Positions 27,693 to 38,000 of a stretch of 64,000 nt of DNA are shown in pieces. Each line of letters starts with the position of its first letter. Within the stretch, counting starts at the first letter, position 1. The stretch comes from Flavobacteriales bacterium (GTDB lineage Bacteria; Bacteroidota; Bacteroidia; CAIKAF01), in assembly GCA_044376575.1 (NCBI GenBank), contig JBILKR010000011.1:4701-68700 (forward strand), given 5' to 3'. The translations under genes were made by a program, and so were the position numbers. Under the pieces are notes generated by a model, which worked only from the letters and a program-made list of their open reading frames with translations, had not been told where the DNA came from and made no database searches.

Positions 27693-29093
27693 TTATAAAA
27701 ACCTTTTCAGTAATGATTTCATAAAACGCATTCTGCTTTTTTTATAGGGCGGAAAACGCAGGTAATCATCCAGGGGCTGAATGCTTCGGCTGAGAACAGA
27801 TTTTTTATTTGAAAAGGTATCAAAGCTAAATTTACCATGATAACTTCCCATACCACTTTTACCAACACCTCCGAATGGCATTTCATTTGAACTGATATGC
27901 AATACTGTATCGTTAATGGTTACTCCGCCTGATGTGGTTTGTTGTAAAAAATATTTTTGTACACGACTGCTCCTGCTAAATAAATATGCAGCGAGTGGTT
28001 TGTCGTTGGTATTAATAAAATCAATGGCTTCATCAATCGATGAATAGGTGTATATCGGCAAGATCGGACCAAAGATTTCTTCTTTCATTACTGTGCTGTG
28101 AAAGGGCGCATTGATCATCAGCGTGGGTTCAATGCGTAACGATTGATCATCAGTTTTCCCACCGAATATAATGTCTCCATCCTGCAGGTATTTTTTAATT
28201 CTGTGATAATGTCTTTCGTTGATAATCTTTCCGTAGTCTTTACTCTCCATAGGATTGTTACCATAAGAAGAGGTGATGATTTTCTGTAATTGTTCAACAA
28301 GTTTATCTTTTACATCGGCATGCACAAATAAATAATCAGGAGCCAGACAGGTTTGTCCGCTGTTAATCCATTTACCCCAGGATATGCGTTTTGCAGCGAG
28401 TTTGATGTCGGCATCAGAATGCACAATGCACGGACTCTTTCCGCCCAGTTCAAGGGTTACCGGAGTGAGATATTCGGCAGCGGCTTTATATACAATTTTA
28501 CCCACTTCCGGTCCGCCGGTATAAAAAATATAATCCCATCGTTGTTCGAGCAGGTGCTGCGTTTCTTTTACTCCGCCTTCTTGCACGTAAATATATTCTT
28601 TATCAAAATGTTCGTTGATGAGTTGTGCCATTACTAACGATGTTGCCGGTGCGTGTTCAGAAGGTTTCATCACGGCGCAATTTCCTGAGGCCATGGCTCC
28701 GAGCAGTGGAGAAATCGTGAGCATGAACGGATAATTCCATGGAGAAATAATCAGAACCGATCCAAGTGGCTCGCGAATTATTTTGCTGCTTCCGGGAGTG
28801 TTGAACAAGGACGTGGGCACCACTTCGGGCATGCTCCACTGGCGAATATTTTTTAGAAAATGATCGGCTTCTGAATATATTGGTCCCAACTCAACGGTCA
28901 TACTTTCATATTCCGGTTTTTTGAGGTCGTGATGCAAGGCTTCCAGAATCAAGTGCTCATTTTTTTCAATCAGTTTTACAAGTTTCTTGATTTGATCTAT
29001 GCGAAAATGAATGTCTTTTGTTTTTCCCGTAGCGAAAAATTTTCGCTGTTCATTGGAAAGGAGTGTGGAAGTATTATGTTGCATACGAATCAA
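27693..29093 (-). CDS. Class-3 aldehyde dehydrogenase (fatty/long-chain aldehyde dehydrogenase, ALDH3A2/Hfd1-like)
   Basis: ALDH3 signatures ELGGKSPCIV and catalytic Cys context NSGQTCLAPDY. ALDH3A2 has FNSGQTCVAPDY. Confidence 0.85.
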   Translation of the reverse strand: MIRMQHNTSTLLSNEQRKFFATGKTKDIHFRIDQIKKLVKLIEKNEHLILEALHHDLKKPEYESMTVELGPIYSEADHFLKNIRQWSMPEVVPTSLFNTPGSSKIIREPLGSVLIISPWNYPFMLTISPLLGAMASGNCAVMKPSEHAPATSLVMAQLINEHFDKEYIYVQEGGVKETQHLLEQRWDYIFYTGGPEVGKIVYKAAAEYLTPVTLELGGKSPCIVHSDADIKLAAKRISWGKWINSGQTCLAPDYLFVHADVKDKLVEQLQKIITSSYGNNPMESKDYGKIINERHYHRIKKYLQDGDIIFGGKTDDQSLRIEPTLMINAPFHSTVMKEEIFGPILPIYTYSSIDEAIDFINTNDKPLAAYLFSRSSRVQKYFLQQTTSGGVTINDTVLHISSNEMPFGGVGKSGMGSYHGKFSFDTFSNKKSVLSRSIQPLDDYLRFPPYKKSRMRFMKSLLKRFL

Positions 29094-29100
29094 AGATTGA

Positions 29101-29574
29101 TTAATATTTTATTCCTGATTTTTTAAAAATAAAATGCATCAGCCAGGCAGGTCCAACCAGCAGAAATTGGAGGTCTTTAAGAAAGGATGGTTTTTTTCCT
29201 TCGATTCCATGTCCGATAAACTGACCAATCCAGGCAAGAATAAAAATGATGAATGAAAATATGGCGAGGTAAACAGTTCCGTTTTGTATTGCTATCCAAT
29301 CATTAATAAATGAAACCATTCCACCGAAAAAAATGAATCCGATAAAAAGGGGAAAAGATAATATCAGGTAATATAACAATACCGGAATGAGCAGGATGTT
29401 TGCCCAGTTGAGGTAAGGAATATTTTCCATAGCTGCGAATACCGGAATGGATCGAATTAAACCCACAATCGAAAAAAAGATAATAGGCACACAGATCCAG
29501 TGGATGGTTTTATTAACAGGGTTCTGGTGGCTTTCACCATAGGCTTCGAGTAGTAAATCAATTTTTCTTGACAT
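29101..29574 (-). CDS. DUF962 / Mpo1-like membrane protein (putative Fe(II)-dependent 2-hydroxy fatty acid dioxygenase family)
   Basis: N-terminal motif YGESHQNPVNKTIHWICVPIIFFS matches the DUF962 'Y.sHqN..N..iH...VP.I' His-rich motif. 4 TM segments. Lies 7 bp upstream of the ALDH3 gene. Confidence 0.6.
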   Translation of the reverse strand: MSRKIDLLLEAYGESHQNPVNKTIHWICVPIIFFSIVGLIRSIPVFAAMENIPYLNWANILLIPVLLYYLILSFPLFIGFIFFGGMVSFINDWIAIQNGTVYLAIFSFIIFILAWIGQFIGHGIEGKKPSFLKDLQFLLVGPAWLMHFIFKKSGIKY

Positions 29575-29655
29575 ATTGAAAATTTACTGGTGAAAATACA
29601 TAATATTCGTGGATGAGAGAAAATTTGGATAAGGGAGGAGGTTGAGGGTTAAGAG

Positions 29656-31428
29656 TTAATTGCTTTTAAATTGCATATTCAAAAGCATTGGAAGAATTTT
29701 CTTTTCTGCAATAAAAGGAATTCCAAATGTTCTGTCAGAACAGGTTGATTTAATCAATTCAATAACTTCTTTTTCAGCATTTGCCCTGCTTTTCAGCAAA
29801 GGATCTGAAATTTCGGATAACATGGAAAGGCTTTGGTTAATTAACCATGCATAAGGTTTAATACCTGCTCTATTTAAATCTTCTTGCAAAGTAACAGCTT
29901 CACGCATTGGAGTTGTTTCTGGTAAAGAAACTAAAATGATTTTTGAAAGCGATTGGTCTTGTAAAGCCATGTAGGGAGTTCTAAGTTGTCCAGAATACTT
30001 ACTATTTCGCATTATTTCCCGATGATAGCTTCCGGCAGTATCCAATAATAAAAGAGTGTGTCCTGTTGGTGCTGTATCTATTACTACGAACTGCCTTTTA
30101 GCTAGATTAATAGCTTTTGAAAAAGCATGAAAAACAGCCACTTCTTCAGTACAGGGAGATTTTAAATCTTCAAGAATTAGTTTTTTTGCTTCTTCGGATT
30201 GCCCCTCACCTTTATTTTCTAATACTTTATTTATGTAACGTTGTGTTTCAATTTTAGGGTCGATGCGTTCAACTTTTAATGTTGCAGGTAGCTCACCCAG
30301 TTGTTCAATAAAATCCTGAATGTGTGCTGCCGGATCAGTAGTGGTTAAAAGAACATTAAATCCTTTTTTTGCAAGTAAAACTGCAATTGCAGTAGCAGCA
30401 ATTGTTTTGCCTACCCCTCCTTTACCCATGGTCATTATTAATCCATGTTGCTGGTTTTTGCAAATATTGTCTGTTAAGGTTCCAATTCCATCTAATAGTT
30501 GAAGAGATGGAATAATTTGACCAACAACTTTATCTGATAGTTTTTTTTGCAATTCAGGGTTAAATAGAGAACGTAGTTTTTCTATACCTAAAATATTATA
30601 TGCTAAAAGAGGAAATATTTTTTGTGGTAGCAATTTTAAATTTTCAGGAATTGAATTGAGTTGCTCGGCACCTGTTTCCTCAATTTTAATTGCGAGTTGG
30701 TCATGCTTATCTATTGCTTTGAAAACTCCATTGATGTATAACGTCTGGTTGCACAATCCAAGTTCTTTTAATTCATTGCTCGTTCTTGAAGCTTCTTTCA
30801 ACGAGGCTTTGTCTGCCTTTGCAACGATATAGAAATTGGTCAACGTTCCATCTCTTAGTATCTTTACGACTGTGTGGTATCTTTCCTTTCCACTTTTGAG
30901 TGCAGATGTAGGGCCAAGACACGAAGCTCCATCAGGGTTTTCTTCTGTAAAACTTGACCATGCAGCGGGCAACTCAAGAAGTCGTAATGTATGGCCAGTT
31001 GGTGCAGTATCAAATATTATTACATCAAATTTTTTTCCTTCAATTTCACCTGTAACAAATCTTGAAAATTCATCAAAAGATGCGATTTCTGTAGTACATG
31101 CACCTGATAGATCTTCTCTTATTTTTTTAATTTCTTCTTTTGTAGCTATTCCTTCAAGAGGCTGAATTACTCTGTTACGATATTCTTCAGCTGAATTTTC
31201 AGGGTTAATATTTACAGCAAAGAGATTGTTAACCCCCTTTACATGATTAATCTTTTCATCAACAGAGCTTTCTAAAACATCTTTTAAATTAGATGCAGGA
31301 TCTGTACTTACAAGCAATACTGATTTTCCAGTTTCTGCAAGTTCAATTGCAGTTGCACATGCAAGTGATGTTTTTCCAACCCCTCCCTTTCCTGTGAAGA
31401 ATAAATATTTAGTGTTAGAATTATTCAT
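29656..31428 (-). CDS. arsA: ArsA/GET3-family ATPase with two tandem nucleotide-binding halves
   Basis: Two P-loops (GKGGVGKTS and GKGGVGKTI) and two DTAPTGHTL signature motifs. 590 aa. No arsB/arsC/arsD/arsR in the window. Confidence 0.8.
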   Translation of the reverse strand: MNNSNTKYLFFTGKGGVGKTSLACATAIELAETGKSVLLVSTDPASNLKDVLESSVDEKINHVKGVNNLFAVNINPENSAEEYRNRVIQPLEGIATKEEIKKIREDLSGACTTEIASFDEFSRFVTGEIEGKKFDVIIFDTAPTGHTLRLLELPAAWSSFTEENPDGASCLGPTSALKSGKERYHTVVKILRDGTLTNFYIVAKADKASLKEASRTSNELKELGLCNQTLYINGVFKAIDKHDQLAIKIEETGAEQLNSIPENLKLLPQKIFPLLAYNILGIEKLRSLFNPELQKKLSDKVVGQIIPSLQLLDGIGTLTDNICKNQQHGLIMTMGKGGVGKTIAATAIAVLLAKKGFNVLLTTTDPAAHIQDFIEQLGELPATLKVERIDPKIETQRYINKVLENKGEGQSEEAKKLILEDLKSPCTEEVAVFHAFSKAINLAKRQFVVIDTAPTGHTLLLLDTAGSYHREIMRNSKYSGQLRTPYMALQDQSLSKIILVSLPETTPMREAVTLQEDLNRAGIKPYAWLINQSLSMLSEISDPLLKSRANAEKEVIELIKSTCSDRTFGIPFIAEKKILPMLLNMQFKSN

Positions 31429-31609
31429 TTCATAATATACACTAATTGGTAACTCTTGTAAATTTATTTAACTAATACCCATCGATTGTTTAGGTATGAT
31501 TGAAAAAATAAATCACTAATATAATTTATTTAATATTATCTGTATTGGAATTAATTACTACATATCATAATTATTCCTTTTGAGTTAAATATTAAATGCA
31601 TTTCAGTAT

Positions 31610-32641
31610 TCAAAAATACAACTGTGATATGGTGATAACTCCCATGATTAATCCTACAGTCCATAATATTCCGAGTATAATAAATGCCCATTTAAAATTT
31701 ATTTCTCTCTTGAATATTATCATACTCCCTAGCATTAGTAATAATACAATGGGTACTCCCAGTATTAATATAAAGGATACCATACCCATGCCGGATAGTA
31801 TTACAGACTGTGTAGATTGAAAAATAATATCAGATAAAGTGTTATTATAAACATCACTGCTCCATGTTACAAAATCAATCTCACCAAATACAACGGCAAA
31901 CAGAATACTAGCTAATATAAATATCCAGAACAGAATAAATAATGCAAGGCACCCTTTCATGAATACACCAAATATTCGTGTTAAGAGATCGCCAGTTGTA
32001 TGCAGAATTTGAGTGAATTTATTTTTAGTACGTTTTTTAAAATCCGGATCTTCAAATCGCTGTTCAATATCCTGCATTTCTTTTTTTACCTTTTTTTCAA
32101 TGGCTGAAATGGTAATGGGTTCACCTCTCATTTCCAGTTTATCTGCAGTAGTTTTGGCTTTCGGCATAGCCATCCATAATATCAGATAAAACAATAATCC
32201 TGTTCCCCAGACAACAAAACTGAATGCAAAAATTAATCTGAAAATCACTGGATCAATCCCAAAATATGCGCCTAAACCGCTACACACACCTCCCATGATC
32301 TGATTGTCAGGATCCCTGAATAATCTTTTATTGATGATGTTTTTAGTATCTGAATTTTTTTTCGGTTCTTCTGTACTTTGTTCAGAAATCACATCCGGTT
32401 GACCCATAATGTCCATCATTTGCTGAACATTTTGTATAGTAAGTACCTCTTTTCGGTCGCCCAGCATTTCTTTAAATATTTCTGCAATGCGTTGCTCAAT
32501 ATCTTGCATGATTTCTTCAGCACCTTCTTCTTTGCTAAAATGTATGGTGAGTTGATCTATATACTTGTTTACTTTTTCAAAAGCATCTTCATCAATCTGA
32601 AATACACTTCCTCCGATATTGACTTGAATGGTTTTTTTCAT
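31610..32641 (-). CDS. PspC-domain membrane protein (stress-response effector)
   Basis: PspC motif MGGVCSGLGAYFGIDPVIFRLIFAFSFVVW. Several C-terminal TM segments. Lies downstream of padR. Confidence 0.7.
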   Translation of the reverse strand: MKKTIQVNIGGSVFQIDEDAFEKVNKYIDQLTIHFSKEEGAEEIMQDIEQRIAEIFKEMLGDRKEVLTIQNVQQMMDIMGQPDVISEQSTEEPKKNSDTKNIINKRLFRDPDNQIMGGVCSGLGAYFGIDPVIFRLIFAFSFVVWGTGLLFYLILWMAMPKAKTTADKLEMRGEPITISAIEKKVKKEMQDIEQRFEDPDFKKRTKNKFTQILHTTGDLLTRIFGVFMKGCLALFILFWIFILASILFAVVFGEIDFVTWSSDVYNNTLSDIIFQSTQSVILSGMGMVSFILILGVPIVLLLMLGSMIIFKREINFKWAFIILGILWTVGLIMGVITISQLYF

Positions 32642-32665
32642 ATTGTATTTTTTATTTGAGGTGGA

Positions 32666-32998
32666 TTAACTGAGTTTATTTACGGCGATATTTAATTCGT
32701 CCCATGTTTTTTTGAGGTGCAACTGAAATACTTTTCCTGTATCTGTTATGCTATAATATTTTCTGGGCGGCCCCTGTGTACTTTCTTCCCAGCGATAGGA
32801 GAGATAACCTTCGTTTTTTAATCGTGTTAAGAGAGGATACAATGTGCCTTCTACAACAATTAGTTGTCCTTTTTTGAGTTCAGAAATAATATCTGATGCA
32901 TAGGCATCATTTCTTGCCAGAACAGATAATATCACAAGCTCCAGCACACCTCTCCGCATCTGCGCCTGTGTATTTTCTATATTTATTTTTGCTGACAT
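32666..32998 (-). CDS. PadR family transcriptional regulator
   Basis: Winged-helix motif GVLELVILSVLARNDAYASDIISELKK...GTLYPLLTRLKNEGYL, typical of PadR. Confidence 0.8.
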   Translation of the reverse strand: MSAKINIENTQAQMRRGVLELVILSVLARNDAYASDIISELKKGQLIVVEGTLYPLLTRLKNEGYLSYRWEESTQGPPRKYYSITDTGKVFQLHLKKTWDELNIAVNKLS

Positions 32999-33030
32999 GG
33001 TAAATTATATGACACAAAACTATATAATAA

Positions 33031-33057
33031 AATGTACTATGCACCACATAGTACATT
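33031..33057. promoter_or_regulatory. Perfect inverted repeat AATGTACTATG-N5-CATAGTACATT upstream of padR; putative PadR operator
   Basis: 11-bp perfect arms with a 5-bp spacer, lying 33-59 bp upstream of the padR start codon. PadR-family regulators bind palindromic operators in their own promoters. Confidence 0.5.
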
Positions 33058-33100
33058 AAAAAAATGTTAAACCATTGAATATTAATTCAGTAAAATTGGT

Positions 33101-34270
33101 TTATAGTTTAATCATTGAGGCCATAAAGAAGCCGTCTGAACCGTGAGTAGGGGAGATTCGTCTTGATTTTTCTAATTTGAAATCAGAATGTAGCTTCAGA
33201 AATGCTGCCATATTCTCTTCGTTTTCCATCGGTAAAATACTACAAGTTGAATAAATTAATCGGCCGCCTTTTTTCAGCATTACTGAATAACGATGTAAAA
33301 TATCTTGTTGTGTTTTTACGATTGATTGCAATGATTCCGGAGTTATCGAATATTTTATTTCTGGTTTTCTGCGTAGTGTTCCTAAACTGCTGCAGGGCAC
33401 ATCCAATAATATTTGATCAAATGTATTTGTATGATTGCTGATAAACTCATCAGTAATTACCAACGCCTGAATACAAGTTGCCTTTGCGCGCTGAGCCCTG
33501 ATTTTTAACTGTTCTATTTTATGTGAATGAATATCTGTTGACCAAATATTCCCCTTGTTATTTAAAAGAGCTGCGATATGAAGTGATTTACCTCCGGCAC
33601 CGCAACATCCGTCCAAAATATTCATACCATCTTTGAGTTCCATAAATGGTGCTACCTGCTGTGACGATTCATCCTGTATTTCAAACCATCCTTTCTGATA
33701 GATCTCCCATTTGGTTAACTGAACTTTTTGATGGATACGTATAGCATCCCCAGGTAATAGTGTATAATTAACACTTAGTTCATCCAGTTTTTTACAAACT
33801 TTATCTTTTGTTGTAATCAGTGTATTGACGCGAATGCATGTGTCTGCCGGTTTCAGCATACTATGCCATTCTTCAAATGTATTTTCCTTATTCAATGGGT
33901 ATAACCATTCCGGAACACTAACACGAATATGTTCAGGAATTTTATCATTTAATATTTCTTGAATATGTTGGATGACCTCAGATGATAATTGATGCTCCTG
34001 AACAATCATCTGATCTTTCCATGCCTGAATGGCTACTTGTTTTTCTAAGGTAATTTCTTCTCCTGATTTTTCTAACAAGTATTCATAAAGTAATTTGTTA
34101 CGAAGCACACCATAGAGCAGATTAAGAATTGTTTTTCTGTCGTTACTGCCCCATTCTTTATGGATGGCTGTCATTTTTCTTACAACATCTTCGCTTTGTT
34201 TTCCTTCAACAAGTATTGCGTGCAACATTGTTGCTGCATGCTGTTGATGGGCATGATAAAGTTTTTTCAT
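33101..34270 (-). CDS. RsmB/NOP2-family rRNA (cytosine-C5) methyltransferase
   Basis: SAM motif DGCCGAGGKSLHIAAL and catalytic motifs LLDVPCSSLGTLRRKPE and YSTCS. Confidence 0.8.
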   Translation of the reverse strand: MKKLYHAHQQHAATMLHAILVEGKQSEDVVRKMTAIHKEWGSNDRKTILNLLYGVLRNKLLYEYLLEKSGEEITLEKQVAIQAWKDQMIVQEHQLSSEVIQHIQEILNDKIPEHIRVSVPEWLYPLNKENTFEEWHSMLKPADTCIRVNTLITTKDKVCKKLDELSVNYTLLPGDAIRIHQKVQLTKWEIYQKGWFEIQDESSQQVAPFMELKDGMNILDGCCGAGGKSLHIAALLNNKGNIWSTDIHSHKIEQLKIRAQRAKATCIQALVITDEFISNHTNTFDQILLDVPCSSLGTLRRKPEIKYSITPESLQSIVKTQQDILHRYSVMLKKGGRLIYSTCSILPMENEENMAAFLKLHSDFKLEKSRRISPTHGSDGFFMASMIKL

Positions 34271-35034
34271 GCTTCGTTCAATTCAACCCAGTGATAATGA
34301 TCAAGCCATAATGCATGAGCCGGTGATGGCAATGTTATTGTTGAAAAATCGGGATAAGTTACTCGCGCAAGTTTAGAAACCATTCCTGATGATTTTTTAT
34401 TTTCATCGTGCGTGTTCAGTACCTGTAACGGTTGAAGTTGTTGGATTAGTTGTATTGCATTTTCTACTCCTGGATTGATCAATCCGCCAAGAAAAAAAGG
34501 CAGTGTAAAATGAGTAAAAGTAGTAATCAATGCTACACAGCGCATAGGTTTTAATTGAGTCGCCATTTCTTCTGAAAGAAAAAATCCATGTGGCGCATAA
34601 AAAATATAATTTCCCTGATGCTGAATAACAATTGCATGATAAATCGGATCAAGAAAGCGCTTCGGTGTTATTCTGGAAAAATGAAATCCATCATGGACAA
34701 TTGATTGAGGAAAGGAAGGAATTTCGCCGATAGGTTGTGATGTTGTTTTTCTTAATCTTTTGATGGCAGGAGGAACGGCAAACCATTGTACCTGTTTATC
34801 CATCTTGCTCAATGTTTCTTCGTGACAATGATCCGAATAGGGTTGAGATACAATCAATGCATCAACCTTGCCCAAATCCTCATAAGGTAATGGAGTGGTA
34901 TTATGCCATTGCTGATTGAATGCCTTAAAGCCGTCAACCTCATCGCCCGATAGCCATGGATCTAACACGACGGTACGATTATTCCATCGAATCTGCCAAC
35001 TGTTGTCCATGTTTAATCTTCTAATCTCCAGCAT
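34267..35034 (-). CDS. Hypothetical protein, possibly MBL-fold metallo-hydrolase
   Basis: His/Asp cluster SQPYSDHCHEE. 4-bp overlap with the downstream rsmB-like gene. Weak assignment. Confidence 0.3.
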   Translation of the reverse strand: MLEIRRLNMDNSWQIRWNNRTVVLDPWLSGDEVDGFKAFNQQWHNTTPLPYEDLGKVDALIVSQPYSDHCHEETLSKMDKQVQWFAVPPAIKRLRKTTSQPIGEIPSFPQSIVHDGFHFSRITPKRFLDPIYHAIVIQHQGNYIFYAPHGFFLSEEMATQLKPMRCVALITTFTHFTLPFFLGGLINPGVENAIQLIQQLQPLQVLNTHDENKKSSGMVSKLARVTYPDFSTITLPSPAHALWLDHYHWVELNEA

Positions 35035-35091
35035 GTTGAATATTTTATTTAATGATACAAAGAATCAATAACATTCATTTAATAGAATTGT

Positions 35092-38000
35092 TTACCTGTC
35101 ATTCTGACGAATAATTTTACCACTATATTCTTCTCCATTTATCTCATTCTTACAAATAATTCTATACATTCCAGTTGCCAGATGACTGATAGAAATTTTT
35201 AATTCATTGGTCTGCTGAACAGGAGTTGAAAGAACTTTTCTACCTTGCATATCGAACAATGAAATACTCCCTTTTTCCATCATAAATGACCAGTTAACCG
35301 TAACCCATTGATTTGATGGATTGGGATAAATTTGTAATTCCTGTGATACAATTTCTTCAATTCCCAACATGTTGAAAGTATAACAATTTGAGGTGTCATA
35401 ACAGTTGTTTGCATCATTAATGATTACGGCAAAATTTCCATTAACAGATGGTGTGAATGTTGCATTGGTCTCACCATTGATTATTGTACCATTGTCGCAA
35501 TTTATCCATTGATATTGCATTCCGGCCGGTGCAGCCTGAAGTGAATTATTGTTTACCGGTGTGATGGATGCAGAAACATTGTACAAAGTTAATTGCATGG
35601 TGTCTGTATTTATACAGTTGTATGCATTCACACCTGTTAATATGTACGTACTATTTGAACTGGGTATAAAAGGAATTCCGTTTTCTACCCCGTTATTCCA
35701 GCTGAATGTTGCATTGCCTAACCCATATAATGTAACTGGTTGTCCTTCGCATACCAGCAGATCCTGACCTGCATTGATGATTGGATGTGCATAAATTTGA
35801 AATGCTGAAACAAAATTTTCGCTCACTGCAATTCCGTATTTGAATGCTGTTAATGTTACTGAATAGTTTCCTGCATTCCAGTTATTTGATGAAACACTAT
35901 TCCCTTCTGCTGTATATGTATTTGTTCCGTTGGTGATGCTCCAGTGAATAGAATCAGCAGCAGTTCCTGTATAGAAAATTATTATTGGATCTCCCAGGCA
36001 ATAGATGCTGTTTACCTGCATATCAATTACCGGTATCTGTCGAATGACAACAGGATAATCTTCTACTTCTCCCAACTCAGTTCCGCAAGGATTTTCACTA
36101 TTCCCCCAGTATCCCAATCGCACTCGCATTCGCAACGTATCATCAATTACAACATTGGAATTGGGAACAGTAAAGTTTGCCTGACCAATTGAGCCGGTAT
36201 TCAAATCATTTACTACTAATTCAGTAGTTGTAAATTCAGCGTCTTTATCATAATCAATCCATACATGAAAATCATTGTCACTCCAACCTGTATTAAAATT
36301 TCCAATCGAAGTATATGTTGTATCTGTATAAAGCATAACAGGATAATTTGTAAAATACTGGTAGTTGGTATTTCCTGAATTATTGTTGTCAACATTTGCA
36401 CAACGAAAACGATTGATGGCTAAATTATAATCCACTGAAGTACCGGATGCGGCGCAGTATTCAAAAGGTTTTACTTCATACATGAATTTATAGGTTTCAG
36501 TTGTGTCGCCGGCATTACCAACAGCATAAACTTTGAAGTACATTTTTGTACCTGCCGGATAGTCGGGAAGGGGAGTAGTGGTTTTCCATGTTCCTGCAGA
36601 AATTAAATTCATGGGAATACTGTTGGCAGGTGTAAAATTGGGTGTATTTATGGCCCAGCGGACAAATACACTGGTAAGTGTACCTGTATAATCAATCGAT
36701 GAAGTTACATGTTGAGGCATCGTTACTTTGGGCGTGGAGTAAGTGGGTGTATTGGTGATGCTTGTTTGCAAAAAAGCAGGAAAACTATTCCGGTTAGCAA
36801 TCGAATATTCCCATAAACCTCTTCCCCATGTGGCTGCTTTCAATGTGTTTGAGCCCCAGTTAATTTCCAGGTCATTTACTGTAGTGTTTGGGAGTTCAGG
36901 ATTGTAGAGTTGCCATGAAGTTCCGTTCATTGATTTTTTATACAATCCGATACGTGCACCAACATAAATGAATGATGAATCCGTGTGATCAATTACGACA
37001 CTGGTAAGTGGCATATTATTAAGGTTGTAAGTGATGTTTTGCCAACTGCTGCCCAGGTTATGAGAAATAAAAATTTTATTGTTGTTGTTTTGATAATCAC
37101 CATAAGTTACCACAATGGTGGAATCTCTGCGTGGATGGAAGGCAACATCGGTGATGCCTAAGTTGGGTAAATTATTTTTTATGCTCACAAATGAAACACC
37201 ACCGTTAGTTGATAATTCAATGAATTCATTTCGTGCCGCAACAATTAAGTTGGAATTATTTTGTGCAATTACTGCATGAGAAATAGTTCCTGTAAAGTTT
37301 GGAGAACCTATGCTATCCCATGTAGTTCCGAAATTGGTGCTTTTATAAATATAATCTCCAAACGAATATACTTTCATGTGATCATTAGGATCAAATGCAA
37401 GTGGTGCCACCCATCCACCATCCTGTCCGGGTGGAGTACAATAGGCCACTGAATTTCCTCCATTGTAAGTTCTGATTCTCCCGCCATACTGATAACTACC
37501 AATGATCCAGTTTTCATTGAGCGGATGAATGATGCCTTCCATTCCATCTGCTCCGAATGCTTCGAGCCATCCATTTTGTTTTCGTATACTGGTTCCGTTA
37601 TCCTGCGATCCGCATATGGTAACATAGTGATTGGATTGCGATGTCCCTAAGCAATAATTTTCTCGCATTCCATTATTGTTGCTTAGTTTATGCCATGTGA
37701 GTCCGTTATCTGTAGATTTTGCAAGGTAACCATCCGTGCAAGCATAAAATACACCGTTAACGCAATCCATGTAATTACAATCGGCATGAACATATACATC
37801 ACTATTTTGAAAAGCGTTGGCATTTCCGCCACCGCCGTGCTGAGCACTTCCTAGCGACCACCATGTACATTGTGTAAACGTGTATCCACCATTAGTGCTT
37901 CTGTTCAGGTCAACATATCCGGCAATATATATATTGGTATCTAAATCATTTACCATTGCTGCGCCTGCACCACCGGGAGGGTCACATTTAAAAGCGTAGG

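Noticed and set aside
29656-31428. ArsA as part of an arsenic-resistance (ars) operon or island.
   Set aside because: No arsR, arsB/ACR3, arsC or arsD genes flank it. The neighbours are lipid and aldehyde metabolism genes. It is reported as an orphan ArsA/Get3-family ATPase instead.
34267-35034. A confident call as an MBL-fold hydrolase.
   Set aside because: The HxHxDH motif is not canonical (SDHCHEE). I kept it as a low-confidence hypothetical.
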